Assembly: GCA_963721895.1 (NCBI GenBank)
Contig: CAVRLZ010000030.1
Span: 207,668 to 231,667, forward strand
Length of the DNA stretch: 24,000 bases
Reading direction: 5' to 3'
Origin: an uncultured Chloroflexia bacterium
GTDB taxonomy: Bacteria > Chloroflexota > Anaerolineae > Ardenticatenales > Ardenticatenaceae
Below, in pieces: positions 1-9,061 of this stretch. Under the pieces are notes generated by a model. That model was given only the letters and a program-made list of their open reading frames with translations. It did no database searches and was not told the origin of the DNA. The translations under genes and the position numbers were made by a program. Within the stretch, counting starts at the first letter, position 1; every line of letters starts with the position of its first letter.

Positions 1-1
1 G

Positions 2-397
2 CTCCTCGAACAGGAGGGGTTGGCAGCGGCGCTCCGTGCGCGGCTGGAGGCGGTGGAACAGCGCGCCCATCTTGTCACGTCCTTTGTCTGTGATGGAGTG
101 ACCGATCTCCCCCCCGCTATCGAGCAGGCACTTTACCGGATCGTCCAGGAGGGGTTGAACAACGTGATCAAGCATGCCAAGGCCGAGCGGATAAGCGTCT
201 TGTTGTACCAGGAAGGCTCCAGGGTATCGCTGGAGATTCGCGATGATGGACAAGGGTTCGATCTGGCCGCGCCCCGTGCGGCGGGCGGCCTCGGTTTGCG
301 CGGGATGGGGGAGCGCGTGGGCAGGCTAGGCGGACGGCTGCATATTTCCAGCGCGCCGGACACTGGTACATCTATCTGCGTCGAGCTTGTCGTATGA
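2..397 (+). CDS. Sensor histidine kinase, C-terminal fragment (HATPase_c domain; HisKA_3/NarX-DesK-LiaS type). The 5' end lies outside the window.
   Basis: The frame is open to the window edge, with codons phased from nt 2. The translation contains LYRIVQEGLNNVIKHA (N box), IRDDGQGF (G1) and GGLGLRGMGERV (G2). The stop overlaps the start of the downstream response regulator (ATGA at 394-397). Confidence 0.85.
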   Translation, partial: LLEQEGLAAALRARLEAVEQRAHLVTSFVCDGVTDLPPAIEQALYRIVQEGLNNVIKHAKAERISVLLYQEGSRVSLEIRDDGQGFDLAAPRAAGGLGLRGMGERVGRLGGRLHISSAPDTGTSICVELVV

Positions 398-1065
398 ACC
401 TCCCCATCCGGGTGTTAGTGGTGGATGACCACGCCATCGTTCGTAAGGGGATCTGCGCCCTGATGTCTACCGAACCTGGGATAGAGGTGGTGGGCGAGGC
501 GGACAACGGGCAAGCAGCCATTGGTGAGGCGTTGCGACTTTGCCCGGATGTCATCGTGATGGACCTGGTGATGCCTGAGATGAATGGCATCGAGGCAATT
601 CAGCGCATCCGTGAGTGCCAGCCCTACGCGCGCGTGCTAGTCCTGACCAGCTTCGACACTGACAACATGCTGTTTCCAGCTATCCGTGCCGGCGCGATGG
701 GGTACACGCTAAAAAGTACTGGCCCCGACGCACTCGTGCGTGCCATCCGGCGTATATACGACGGCGACTCCGCACTCCATCCATCAATTGCCCGACGGGT
801 TCTGCAAGAGCTTTCCCGGCCTTCCTATGAGCATCCCACGGCAGAGCCCCTTACCGAGCGCGAGATGGAAGTGTTACGCCTCGTCGCCCAGGGGAAGAGC
901 AACCAGGAAATCGCCATCATGCTAGACATTTCTGAAACCACAGTACGCACGCATGTGAGCCATATTCTACGGAAGCTCCACCTTGCCAGCCGTACGCAGG
1001 CAACGCTTTATGCCCTGCGCGCCGGAATCGCTCCCCTATATGATGCGCCCAATAAATCTTCCTGA
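394..1065 (+). CDS. NarL/FixJ-family response regulator (receiver domain plus LuxR-type HTH)
   Basis: 223 aa. The receiver motifs are VLVVDDH, DVIVMDLVMPEMNG and LVLTS. The C-terminal LuxR/GerE HTH is LTEREMEVLRLVAQGKSNQEIAIMLDISETTVRTHVSHILRKL. It overlaps the kinase gene by 4 nt, which suggests translational coupling. Confidence 0.93.
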   Translation: MNLPIRVLVVDDHAIVRKGICALMSTEPGIEVVGEADNGQAAIGEALRLCPDVIVMDLVMPEMNGIEAIQRIRECQPYARVLVLTSFDTDNMLFPAIRAGAMGYTLKSTGPDALVRAIRRIYDGDSALHPSIARRVLQELSRPSYEHPTAEPLTEREMEVLRLVAQGKSNQEIAIMLDISETTVRTHVSHILRKLHLASRTQATLYALRAGIAPLYDAPNKSS

Positions 1066-1315
1066 CCCGTGGCAACACATCATTTGTAGTAGGTAACCAC
1101 CAACTTGTGTCGAGAGGAGCATGGTTCCAAACCATCTGAATTGAGTAGACTAAATCAACTCTGGTCGGATGACAACGGGCTTGTACCCGGTTATCTTCAT
1201 GGGAGAGCTCCGTATCTTCACCAATTGGAAAAGCGTACTGCAAATCACACCTCGATACCCCCTTTGTAACCCTCATCAAGTCAACCCAGACGCGGAATTG
1301 AATAGGTGATGGAAG

Positions 1316-1690
1316 GTGCCAATCCGCTTGCTGATAGCAGACGATAACGCCCAGACCCGATCAGGCTTGCGAGCCTTGCTGCGGACCTGGCCGGATGTAG
1401 AACTTGTGGACGAGGCCACCAACGGCGAGGAAGCAGTTCAACTGGTAGCGGAGCATCTTCCTGATGTCGTCCTGATGGATCTCTACATGCCACGGCTAGA
1501 CGGATTGGCCGCCACCCGCGTGATCAAGCAAAACTGGCCTCAGGTCAACGTCGTCATCCTGACGGTTCAGACAACGCGGCGCGGCGAGGCACTTGCGGCC
1601 GGTGCAGACGACTTTGTCTTGAAGGGGGCGCCCTTCAACCGCTTGTCGGACGCCTTACACCCGTCGAGCATTGCACGCAATCAACTTTGA
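1316..1690 (+). CDS. Single-domain (receiver-only, CheY-like) response regulator
   Basis: 124 aa with a GTG start. The receiver residues are all present: LLIADDN (acidic pair), VVLMDLYMP (phospho-acceptor Asp), VVILTVQ (Thr) and FVLKGAP (Lys). There is no output domain. The stop lies 37 nt before the ABC permease start. Confidence 0.85.
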   Translation: MPIRLLIADDNAQTRSGLRALLRTWPDVELVDEATNGEEAVQLVAEHLPDVVLMDLYMPRLDGLAATRVIKQNWPQVNVVILTVQTTRRGEALAAGADDFVLKGAPFNRLSDALHPSSIARNQL

Positions 1691-1727
1691 GCGGAGACGC
1701 GCCCTATTCGAGGAGGAGGAGGGTCTG

Positions 1728-2666
1728 ATGGAAACGAAGAGACAGGATGTGCAGCCGCAGTTGCTGCAAACCGCGGCGGTTTCTGCCCCGCGCAGACTCA
1801 TGGATCGGAAATACGTTGTAGAGTACCTCTTTATTCTCCCTGCGCTGGTGGGCTTCATCCTCTTCTATGCCTACCCCGCCATACGTGGTCTCTACATCAG
1901 CCTGACCGACTGGAACCTTCTAACGCCCCCCAATTTCGTCGGATTCGACAACTATACCACTCTGCTGCAAGACCCAGAGTTCTGGCATTCGATGTGGGTC
2001 ACGATCTTCTACGTCATCCTGAACATCCCCTTACAGACCGTGCTTGCCCTCTTCATCGCTGTCATTTTCGACCGCTTCATTTCTGGCATGTGGTTCCGCA
2101 GCATCATGCTGCTGCCCTGGCTCATCCCCAACGTCGTTGTTGGGCTCCTATGGCTCTGGATGCTGGATCCATCGTTGGGCATTGTGAACAGCCTACTCGA
2201 ATCGGTTGGCCTTCCCGCCCAACCCTTCGCCGGCTCGCCGGACCAGGCCATGCCTACCATCGCAGCTGTCAACATCTGGCGACATGTTGGATACAGCGCC
2301 CTGCTGATCTTCGCGGGGCTGCAGACGGTTCCCAAAGACGTGTACGAAGCAGGCGCGATTGACGGTGCGTCCGAGGGTCGGATGTTCTGGAGTATTACCT
2401 TGCCGCTGCTGCGCCCCGTCCTGGTCTTCGTTCTGATTACCAGTTTGGTCGGCTCCTTCCAGATTTTCGACACCATTGCCATCATGACGGGCGGGGGGCC
2501 TGTGAATGCCACCCGAGTCATCTACTGGTACATCTACGAATACGCGTTCAGTCGCTTCGACTTCGGCTACGCGACGGCGGTGTCCATGGTGCTGTTTGCA
2601 CTGCTCGTCTTTGTCAGCCTTGTCCAGTTGCGCCTGTTGCGCGCCAACGAGTCGGACCTAGCATAA
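1728..2666 (+). CDS. Carbohydrate ABC transporter permease (CUT1, MalF/UgpA-like)
   Basis: Polytopic BPD_transp_1-type protein with the EAA loop YEAGAIDGASEGRMFWSITLPLLRP. The ATG at 1728 is preceded by GGAGGAGGAGG. The longer TTG start at 1671 in the ORF track would overlap the receiver gene and lacks an RBS. Confidence 0.9.
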   Translation: METKRQDVQPQLLQTAAVSAPRRLMDRKYVVEYLFILPALVGFILFYAYPAIRGLYISLTDWNLLTPPNFVGFDNYTTLLQDPEFWHSMWVTIFYVILNIPLQTVLALFIAVIFDRFISGMWFRSIMLLPWLIPNVVVGLLWLWMLDPSLGIVNSLLESVGLPAQPFAGSPDQAMPTIAAVNIWRHVGYSALLIFAGLQTVPKDVYEAGAIDGASEGRMFWSITLPLLRPVLVFVLITSLVGSFQIFDTIAIMTGGGPVNATRVIYWYIYEYAFSRFDFGYATAVSMVLFALLVFVSLVQLRLLRANESDLA

Positions 2667-2699
2667 GGTGCGGTTCATCTCATCTTCAAGGAGGAAGTG

Positions 2700-3632
2700 A
2701 TGGCTCAAGCGACCACCCCGCCTGCTCTGCCTACCCGCGCCGAGCGGCGCCCACGTCCCCCCGTGAATTGGACCCGGCTCCTGGCCTGGCTCGTCGCGCT
2801 ACTACTCGTGGCGGCGATCCTCTTCCCCTTCTATTGGGCGGTGCGCACTGCATTGTCCACGCCCCGCCTCCTTCTTTCCGGGGCAGAATCGCTCTCGCCC
2901 GTTGGCTTCACTACCAAGAACTTCGAGAGAGTCCTCGGCCTGCTCACCACGCAGGAGGCGATTGCGGCGGGGGGCTCCGGGCAAGCCGTCAACTTCTGGC
3001 TCTACCTGCGCAACTCCTTCATCATGACCATCCTTATTACGGTGGGACAACTGTTCTTCAGCTCGATGGCGGCCTACGCCTTCGCGCGATTACGTTTTCC
3101 GGGGCGGGAGCAAATTTTCACCTTCTTCTTAGCTGCGCTCATGGTACCGGGAATCGTCCTCCTCATACCGAACTTTGTCCTGATTCGCAACCTGGGCTGG
3201 CTTAATACCTTCCAGGGCCTTGTGGCACCCTACATCCTGATGACGCCCTTCGCCATCTTCTTCCTTCGCCAGTTCTTCCTGGGTATTAACCGTGAGCTGG
3301 AGGAGGCCGCCAAACTGGATGGGGCGAGTCTCGCGGGCGTCTACTGGCGCATCATTCTGCCGCTCAGCCGACCACCACTGGTCACCCTCGCCATCATCAC
3401 CTTCATCACGCACTGGAATGACTACCTGTGGCCCTTGCTGGTTGGACGTGACGAGTCTGTGCGAGTGCTCACCGTGGCGTTGGGCATCTTCAAGTCCCAG
3501 ACCCCCCAGGGGGCCCCCGACTGGGCGGGCCTGATGGCTGGCACCATCCTGGCGAGCATTCCGGTCATTGTGATCTTCATGCTGCTGGGGCGGCGTGTGG
3601 TGGACTCTATCCAGTTCAGCGGTATTAAGTAG
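2700..3632 (+). CDS. Carbohydrate ABC transporter permease (CUT1, MalG/UgpE-like)
   Basis: About 310 aa with multiple TM helices and the EAA loop EEAAKLDGASLAGVYWRIILPLSRPPL. AAGGAGGA lies upstream of the adjacent GTG(2697)/ATG(2700) start pair, so the start is ambiguous by one codon. Confidence 0.9.
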   Translation: MAQATTPPALPTRAERRPRPPVNWTRLLAWLVALLLVAAILFPFYWAVRTALSTPRLLLSGAESLSPVGFTTKNFERVLGLLTTQEAIAAGGSGQAVNFWLYLRNSFIMTILITVGQLFFSSMAAYAFARLRFPGREQIFTFFLAALMVPGIVLLIPNFVLIRNLGWLNTFQGLVAPYILMTPFAIFFLRQFFLGINRELEEAAKLDGASLAGVYWRIILPLSRPPLVTLAIITFITHWNDYLWPLLVGRDESVRVLTVALGIFKSQTPQGAPDWAGLMAGTILASIPVIVIFMLLGRRVVDSIQFSGIK

Positions 3633-3746
3633 CTGTCGCTTTTTACCCCTTCGGATAGAAGCTGTGTTCCGGCGAGCAAGGCGGGCATCGCAGGAATAGG
3701 TCGCATCGCCCGCTGATTACCCATCAATCGTTTCAAGGAGGAGACT

Positions 3747-5181
3747 GTGATACAGAACAAACGTACCCGTACTTATTGGATCCTGCTGGGGTGGCTACTT
3801 GCAGGGTTGCTCCTGGCGGCCTGTGGGGGCGCGGCGGACGACGGCGGAGAGGCACCATCAGAGCCAGCCGCCCAGGAGGAGCCCGCGCCCGCTGAGGATA
3901 GTGGTGGCGAGGAGGCAGCAGCCTCCGATGTGTCAGGCAGCGTTAAGTATTGGCTCTGGGACTCCAACCAGCTGCCTGCGTACCAGGCGTGTGGCGAAGC
4001 CTTTTCCGCGCAATATCCCAACATTACCGTGAATATTGAACAGCTTGGCTGGGACGATTACTGGTCCGGCATTCAAACCGGGTTTGTCTCGGGCGAGGCC
4101 CCCGATGTCTTCACCAATCACCTTGCCAAGTATCCGGAGTTTGTCGCTACCAACCAGCTGGTTGATATCCAGCCCCTCATCGAGCGCGACGGGGTGCCAA
4201 CCGACATCTACATCGCAGGATTGGCCGACCTGTGGATCAAGGATGGCGGGCGCTACGGCCTACCGAAAGACTGGGATACGGTAGCGATTATTTACAACAA
4301 GCAGATGTTTGAAGCCGCCGGGATAGACCCTGCACTCATGGAAGAGTGGACATGGAATCCAGAGGATGGGGGAACGTTCACTGAGGCCATCGCTCAGCTC
4401 ACGCTGGACGCGAACGGGAACAATGGTCTCAGCCCGGATTTCGACGCGGAGAACGTCGAGCAATACGGCTTTATCCCGCAGGGCTCCGGTGGTGCCTACG
4501 GTCAGACCCAATGGGCCTCCTTTGCTGCCAGCAATGGTTTCCAATTCCTCGATGATACATGGGCGGACAACTATCATTACGAGAACCCTGCGCTGGCCGC
4601 AACGCTGGAGTGGTACTCAGGGCTGGCCCTCGATCACGGCTATGCCCCAACCTTTGAGGAGCCTGCAGGGGCTTGGCGCACAGGCTATGTTCGCGGCAGG
4701 GCAGGGGGCTATCACGACCGACGGATCATGGATGATCAACTGGTATACCAGCAATACCGACTTTGAGGTCGGTTTCGGCCTCCCCCCGAGTGGGTCAGAG
4801 GGTCGCAAGAGCATGTTTAACGGCCTCGCGGACTCCATTTGGACTGGGTCGCAGAACCAGGAGGCTGCCTGGGAGTGGGTCAAGTTCCTTGCCTCGCCGG
4901 AGTGCCAGAATACGGTTGGCGAGCAAGCTGTGGTTTTCCCCGCTATCCAGTCCGGGGTGGACAACGCCCTGACGGCCTTTGAGGCGAAAGGGCTAGACGT
5001 TAGCGCCTTCAGCAATCTGGCCCTTGATCCCGACGCAACCTTCCTCTTCCCGATCACGGAGAATGCCTCGGAGGTCTCATCCATCATGGAGCCGGTCATG
5101 GACAGTATCATGCTCGGCCAGGAGGAACCAGCCGCAGCCCTCTCGGCGGCTGATTCCCGTGTAGACGCCGCTCTTAAGTAG
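3747..5181 (+). pseudogene. Extracellular solute-binding lipoprotein (SBP family 1, sugar ABC), interrupted by a +1 frame change near 4650-4672
   Basis: GTG start after AAGGAGGAG. The signal peptide has a lipobox (LLLAAC) followed by a Gly/Glu/Ala-rich linker. The N-terminal two thirds read in the frame of 3747..4766. The conserved C-terminal third (LGAQAMFAAGQGAITTDGSWMINWY...WEWVKFLASPE...) reads in the frame of 4366..5181. The span is 1435 nt (3n+1). Confidence 0.85.
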
Positions 5182-5189
5182 CGTAGGAT

Positions 5190-5220
5190 CAGGAGCGACC
5201 TGCCTGGCAGGTCGCTCCTG
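5190..5220 (+). terminator. Strong hairpin downstream of the solute-binding protein gene (putative intrinsic terminator or operon boundary)
   Basis: Perfect inverted repeat AGGAGCGACCTGCC / GGCAGGTCGCTCCT at 5191-5219, starting 9 nt after the stop codon. It is followed by GGATTTCC, so the U-tract is short (3 T), and termination efficiency is uncertain. Confidence 0.45.
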
Positions 5221-5260
5221 GATTTCCATCTGGTGTATGGGGAACGGGATAGGAACCCTC

Positions 5261-6931
5261 ATGCGTATTTCATGGAAGGCGCGCCTGCTTGTGTGGCTGC
5301 TCTGTACCCTCTTCCTGGCCAGTTGCACCCCGCACGATTCCACCCATTCCAGCCCCCGCATTCTGCTTCCGGTTCGAGCATCCTCACAGCCTTTGGAGGA
5401 GCCCGCACGCTGTACAGGCCGGTTTGTCCTGCATGAGTTGGAGCACATGACCCTGGCCGGGGAGGTGACGCGTCTGTTTGAAAGCAATGGGGCGGGCGTA
5501 GCCATCAACGACCTTGACAATGATGGTGACCTGGACGTGGTGCTCGCTAATCTTCACGGCGACAATAGCATCTTGTGGAACGACGGCGACCTCCACTTTC
5601 ACCGCGAATCGCTCCCCTACAACAATTCGCGCGCTGTTGCCATCGTAGATGTGGAGGGAGATGGCTGGGCCGACCTCCTCCTCACCAGCGGGAATAGCGC
5701 CCCACGCCGCTGGCGCAACCTCGGGCCGGATGCGGAGGGGCAGGTGCGGTTCCGGTTCGTGCCGTTGCCCGGTGTATACGAGCCAGCTTACGCTCTGAAC
5801 TGGGCGGACCTGGAGGGCGATGGCGACCTGGACATGGTGACCGCTTCCTACGATGCGGCTCTCATGCTCGAGATGGGGAACGCTTTCCTCTTTGGTAGGA
5901 AGGGGGGGGTCTATCTTTACGAGCAAGAGGATGCCGGTTTCCAAGCTGTCGAACTTGCGGAGGAAGCACAGGCCCTGGCGCTAGGGTTGGCCGATTTCAC
6001 GGGTGATGGGCGACCAGACATCGCCGTCGGCAACGACTTTGATCTGCCCGACTTTTACTGGCAACGGGTAGAGGATGAGTGGCGGCCCGTGAGGCCCTTC
6101 GCTTCTACTGCCCACAGCACCATGAGTTTTGATTGGGGGGACATTGACAACGATGGGCGCATAGAATGGCTCGCCACGGACATGAAGCCCTATCAGCGAG
6201 ATGTTTCCACCCTTGCCGCCTGGCTGCCCTTGATGGAGAAGGGGTATCACACGCCCCGAGGTCTCCTTCGGCCCCAGATCCGCGAAAATGTCTTGCTGGT
6301 GGCAGAGCAGCCGGGTCGCTACCGCAACGAGGGATATGGGCGTGGCCTCGATGCGACAGGGTGGAGTTGGTCCGGTAAGTTTGGGGACCTGGACAATGAT
6401 GGTTACCTCGATGTCTATGTTGTCAATGGCATGATCGCTGAGGATTTACTGGCCCATCTTCCTGATGGGGAGCTGACAGAGGAAAACCAGGCCCGCCGTA
6501 ACGATGGTACGGGCCGCTTTCATCCCGCACCGGAGTGGGGCTTGGCCGGCACAGCCAGTGGTCGTGGCATGAGCTTCGCCGATCTTGATACGGATGGCGA
6601 TCTGGATATTGTCGTGAATAATTTGAACGCGCCTGCAGAGCTGTGGGAAAACAGGCTCTGTGGGGGGGAAGGGTTGGAAGTAGACTTGATATGGCCCGGC
6701 TCGCAGAACGTCCGAGCGGTGGGGGCAAGGCTTGTTCTCCACACGGAGCTTGGCGAGATGAGTCGCGACGTGCGCGTTATGAGTGGCTACCTTTCCGGCG
6801 ATCCGGCACGGATCCACTTCGGTTTTCCGGCGGGGACAGGGCTCCAGCGGCTAGAAATTTTCTGGCCGGACGGTCAACGCTCCGACATCGCGGGGCTGAA
6901 TTCGCACACGCTCCTAACGGTGACTCGCTGA
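5261..6931 (+). CDS. CRTAC1-family lipoprotein (FG-GAP/VCBS repeats plus C-terminal ASPIC/UnbV domain)
   Basis: The signal peptide has a lipobox (LFLASC). There are at least 7 Ca-binding-type FG-GAP repeats, including NDLDNDGDLDVVLAN, VDVEGDGWADLLL, ADLEGDGDLDMVTAS, ADFTGDGRPDIAVGN, GDLDNDGYLDVYVVNG and ADLDTDGDLDIVVNN. The C-terminus (GARLVLHT...SGYLSGDPARIHFGF...LEIFWPDGQ) is typical of UnbV_ASPIC. An alternative GTG start is at 5237. Confidence 0.85.
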   Translation: MRISWKARLLVWLLCTLFLASCTPHDSTHSSPRILLPVRASSQPLEEPARCTGRFVLHELEHMTLAGEVTRLFESNGAGVAINDLDNDGDLDVVLANLHGDNSILWNDGDLHFHRESLPYNNSRAVAIVDVEGDGWADLLLTSGNSAPRRWRNLGPDAEGQVRFRFVPLPGVYEPAYALNWADLEGDGDLDMVTASYDAALMLEMGNAFLFGRKGGVYLYEQEDAGFQAVELAEEAQALALGLADFTGDGRPDIAVGNDFDLPDFYWQRVEDEWRPVRPFASTAHSTMSFDWGDIDNDGRIEWLATDMKPYQRDVSTLAAWLPLMEKGYHTPRGLLRPQIRENVLLVAEQPGRYRNEGYGRGLDATGWSWSGKFGDLDNDGYLDVYVVNGMIAEDLLAHLPDGELTEENQARRNDGTGRFHPAPEWGLAGTASGRGMSFADLDTDGDLDIVVNNLNAPAELWENRLCGGEGLEVDLIWPGSQNVRAVGARLVLHTELGEMSRDVRVMSGYLSGDPARIHFGFPAGTGLQRLEIFWPDGQRSDIAGLNSHTLLTVTR

Positions 6932-7674
6932 TGGTTACTCACTATCCTGATGGAAGATGGCCGGTGCTGCGCCTGCTTCACCCGCGAGCGCGAGGCCCAC
7001 TTCTGCTTGGGGCAATGCTGGTAGCCGTCGTCCTCTGGGGTACGGCAGTTTGGCGGGCAGGGCTGCCCACATGGGGCGCGACGAGCATCGCCGCCGCCGT
7101 GCTTGGGGTTCCCCTCGCCTTGAAATGGCATGACGATTGGCACCGCTTCGGGGCAGTCATCGCCGTGCTGAGCATCGTCCTGGTCGTGCAGGCGTTACAC
7201 ATGGTCGAGCATGTGATACAAGTTGTCCAGTTTTATGGCCTGGCCTGGTCCCCCGCCCGTTCCGGCGGTCTCATTTCCTCGTTGAACGTGGAGTGGGTTC
7301 ACTTTATATGGAACTGGCTCGTCGTCACAGCGATCCTGTACGTGATGCGTGGCGGGGTGCGAAACCGCTGGGCCTGGCTGCTGCTGATGTGGGCCGTCGC
7401 GCACAGTATCGAGCACACCTACCTGTTTGTACGCTACCTCCAACTGCGGCAGGCGCTACTGGCATTTGGCATCCCGGAACCACAGGTGGCTCAGGCGTTG
7501 CCGGGCCTTCTGGGGCGGGATGGTCTGCTCGGGCAGACGCTCAACTGTCAGCTCCCGGGGCTGACGACCTCCAGTCGCGTCACCGTACACTTCTGGTGGA
7601 ACGCGGGCGAGATGACCCTGCTCCTCTGCGCCGCCAACCGCCATCTCCATTGCTGGTTCAAGCGACTACCCTGA
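6931..7674 (+). CDS. Uncharacterised polytopic membrane protein with duplicated H-x-x-E-H motifs
   Basis: 247 aa from the ATG at 6931, which overlaps the upstream TGA (TGATG). About 5-6 hydrophobic helices. HMVEH is encoded at 7198-7212 and HSIEH at 7402-7416, both inside predicted helices. I recognise no family. The track ORF start at 6643 would overlap the upstream gene by 289 nt and gives a non-protein-like sequence. Confidence 0.6.
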   Translation: MVTHYPDGRWPVLRLLHPRARGPLLLGAMLVAVVLWGTAVWRAGLPTWGATSIAAAVLGVPLALKWHDDWHRFGAVIAVLSIVLVVQALHMVEHVIQVVQFYGLAWSPARSGGLISSLNVEWVHFIWNWLVVTAILYVMRGGVRNRWAWLLLMWAVAHSIEHTYLFVRYLQLRQALLAFGIPEPQVAQALPGLLGRDGLLGQTLNCQLPGLTTSSRVTVHFWWNAGEMTLLLCAANRHLHCWFKRLP

Positions 7675-7686
7675 AACGAGGACTCC

Positions 7687-9036
7687 ATGACCAAGATTGT
7701 ATTTGTAGGGGCGGGCAGTACCGTGTTTGCAAAGAACCTGATGAGCGACATTCTCAGCTTTCCCGAGCTGGGAGAGAGCACTCTTGCGCTCTACGACATT
7801 GACGCTGAGCGGCTTCGAACGTCCGAGGTCGTAGCCCATAAAGTTGCAGCGGCCATCGGCGCTCACCCGACGATTGAGGCCACGACCGACCGGCGCGCGG
7901 CATTGGCCGGCGCGCAGTACGTGCTCTGCATGGTCCAGGTAGGGGGGTACCGCCCAGCCACGGTGCTCGACTTTGAGATTCCAAGAAAGTACGGCCTACA
8001 GCAGACCATCGCCGACACGTTGGGGATCGGCGGTATCATGCGCGGGCTGCGAACTATCCCTGTCCTGCTCGACATCTGTCGCGACATGGAAGAGATATGC
8101 CCCGACGCGCTCCTTCTCAACTACGTCAACCCGATGGCTATCAACTGCTGGGCGCTCCACCGCGCTACCCCTATCCGCACCGTGGGCCTCTGCCACAGCG
8201 TGCCCCATACCGCGCATGACCTGGCCCGCGACCTGGGGGTGCCCCCATCGGAGATCACCTATCTGGTTGCAGGTATCAACCACGTGGCCTTCTACCTGCG
8301 TTTGGAGCACAACGGAGAGGATTTGTATCCCAGGCTGCGCGAGTACATGGCCGCACGCGAGCAGGACGGGCAGTGGCCGGTGCGGGCGAGCGAGGCCAAT
8401 CCGATGGTGGATCACGTGCGCTACGAGATGTTCAAGCGGCTTGGGTACTTCGTCACCGAGTCGAGCGAGCATTTTAGCGAGTATGTCCCCTGGTTTATCA
8501 AGCGCGACCGCCCTGACCTAATCGAGCGCTTTGCCATTCCGCTGGATGAGTACCCGCATCGTTGCGAGGTCCAGCTCGCCCGGTGGCAGGGGCTGCGCGC
8601 CGAGTTGGAGGCACCCGGCTCCACTATAGAGGTCAAACGTAGCGTTGAATACGGCTCGCTGATCATTCATAGCATGGAAACGGGCCAGACACGCACGGTC
8701 TACGCTAATGTTGCCAACAACGGCCTGATTGACAACCTGCCCCAGGGTTGCTGTGTCGAGGTACCCTGCCTGGTAGATAGCAACGGCGTACAGCCAACCA
8801 AGATTGGCGTGTTGCCCCCCCACCTTGCGGCCCTGATGCGTAGCAACGTCAACGTGCAGGAGTTAACCGTCGAGGCGGCGCTGACAGGCAAACGCGACCA
8901 CATCTACCACGCCGCAATGCTCGACCCCCACACGGCGGCAGAACTTTCTTTGGACGAGATCGTGTCGCTCGTGGATGAGTTAATTGAGGCGCATGGGGAG
9001 TGGCTACCAGCGTATACCCCCTCGTCCGCCTGGTGA
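7687..9036 (+). CDS. Glycoside hydrolase family 4 (NAD+/Mn2+-dependent alpha-galactosidase/alpha-glucosidase, MelA/AglA-like)
   Basis: 449 aa. It has an N-terminal Rossmann motif (KIVFVGAGSTVF), NYVNPM, and the Cys-His metal-site motif VGLCHSV, all characteristic of GH4. The start lies 12 nt after the preceding stop. Confidence 0.9.
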   Translation: MTKIVFVGAGSTVFAKNLMSDILSFPELGESTLALYDIDAERLRTSEVVAHKVAAAIGAHPTIEATTDRRAALAGAQYVLCMVQVGGYRPATVLDFEIPRKYGLQQTIADTLGIGGIMRGLRTIPVLLDICRDMEEICPDALLLNYVNPMAINCWALHRATPIRTVGLCHSVPHTAHDLARDLGVPPSEITYLVAGINHVAFYLRLEHNGEDLYPRLREYMAAREQDGQWPVRASEANPMVDHVRYEMFKRLGYFVTESSEHFSEYVPWFIKRDRPDLIERFAIPLDEYPHRCEVQLARWQGLRAELEAPGSTIEVKRSVEYGSLIIHSMETGQTRTVYANVANNGLIDNLPQGCCVEVPCLVDSNGVQPTKIGVLPPHLAALMRSNVNVQELTVEAALTGKRDHIYHAAMLDPHTAAELSLDEIVSLVDELIEAHGEWLPAYTPSSAW

Positions 9037-9061
9037 TTACCCTACATGACAGGAGGCCAGC

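Noticed and set aside
1169-1309. 46-codon ORF (MTTGLYPVIFMGELRIF...) in the lower-GC leader, ending 7 nt before the receiver gene start. It could be a leader peptide.
   Set aside because: It has no RBS. Its third-position GC is clearly lower than in the neighbouring genes, and an ORF of this length is expected by chance in a less GC-rich stretch. No motif is recognisable.
6643-6930. 5' extension of the membrane-protein ORF back to 6643.
   Set aside because: It overlaps the well-supported ASPIC/UnbV domain of the upstream gene in another frame. The ATG at 6931 gives a sensible TGATG coupling.
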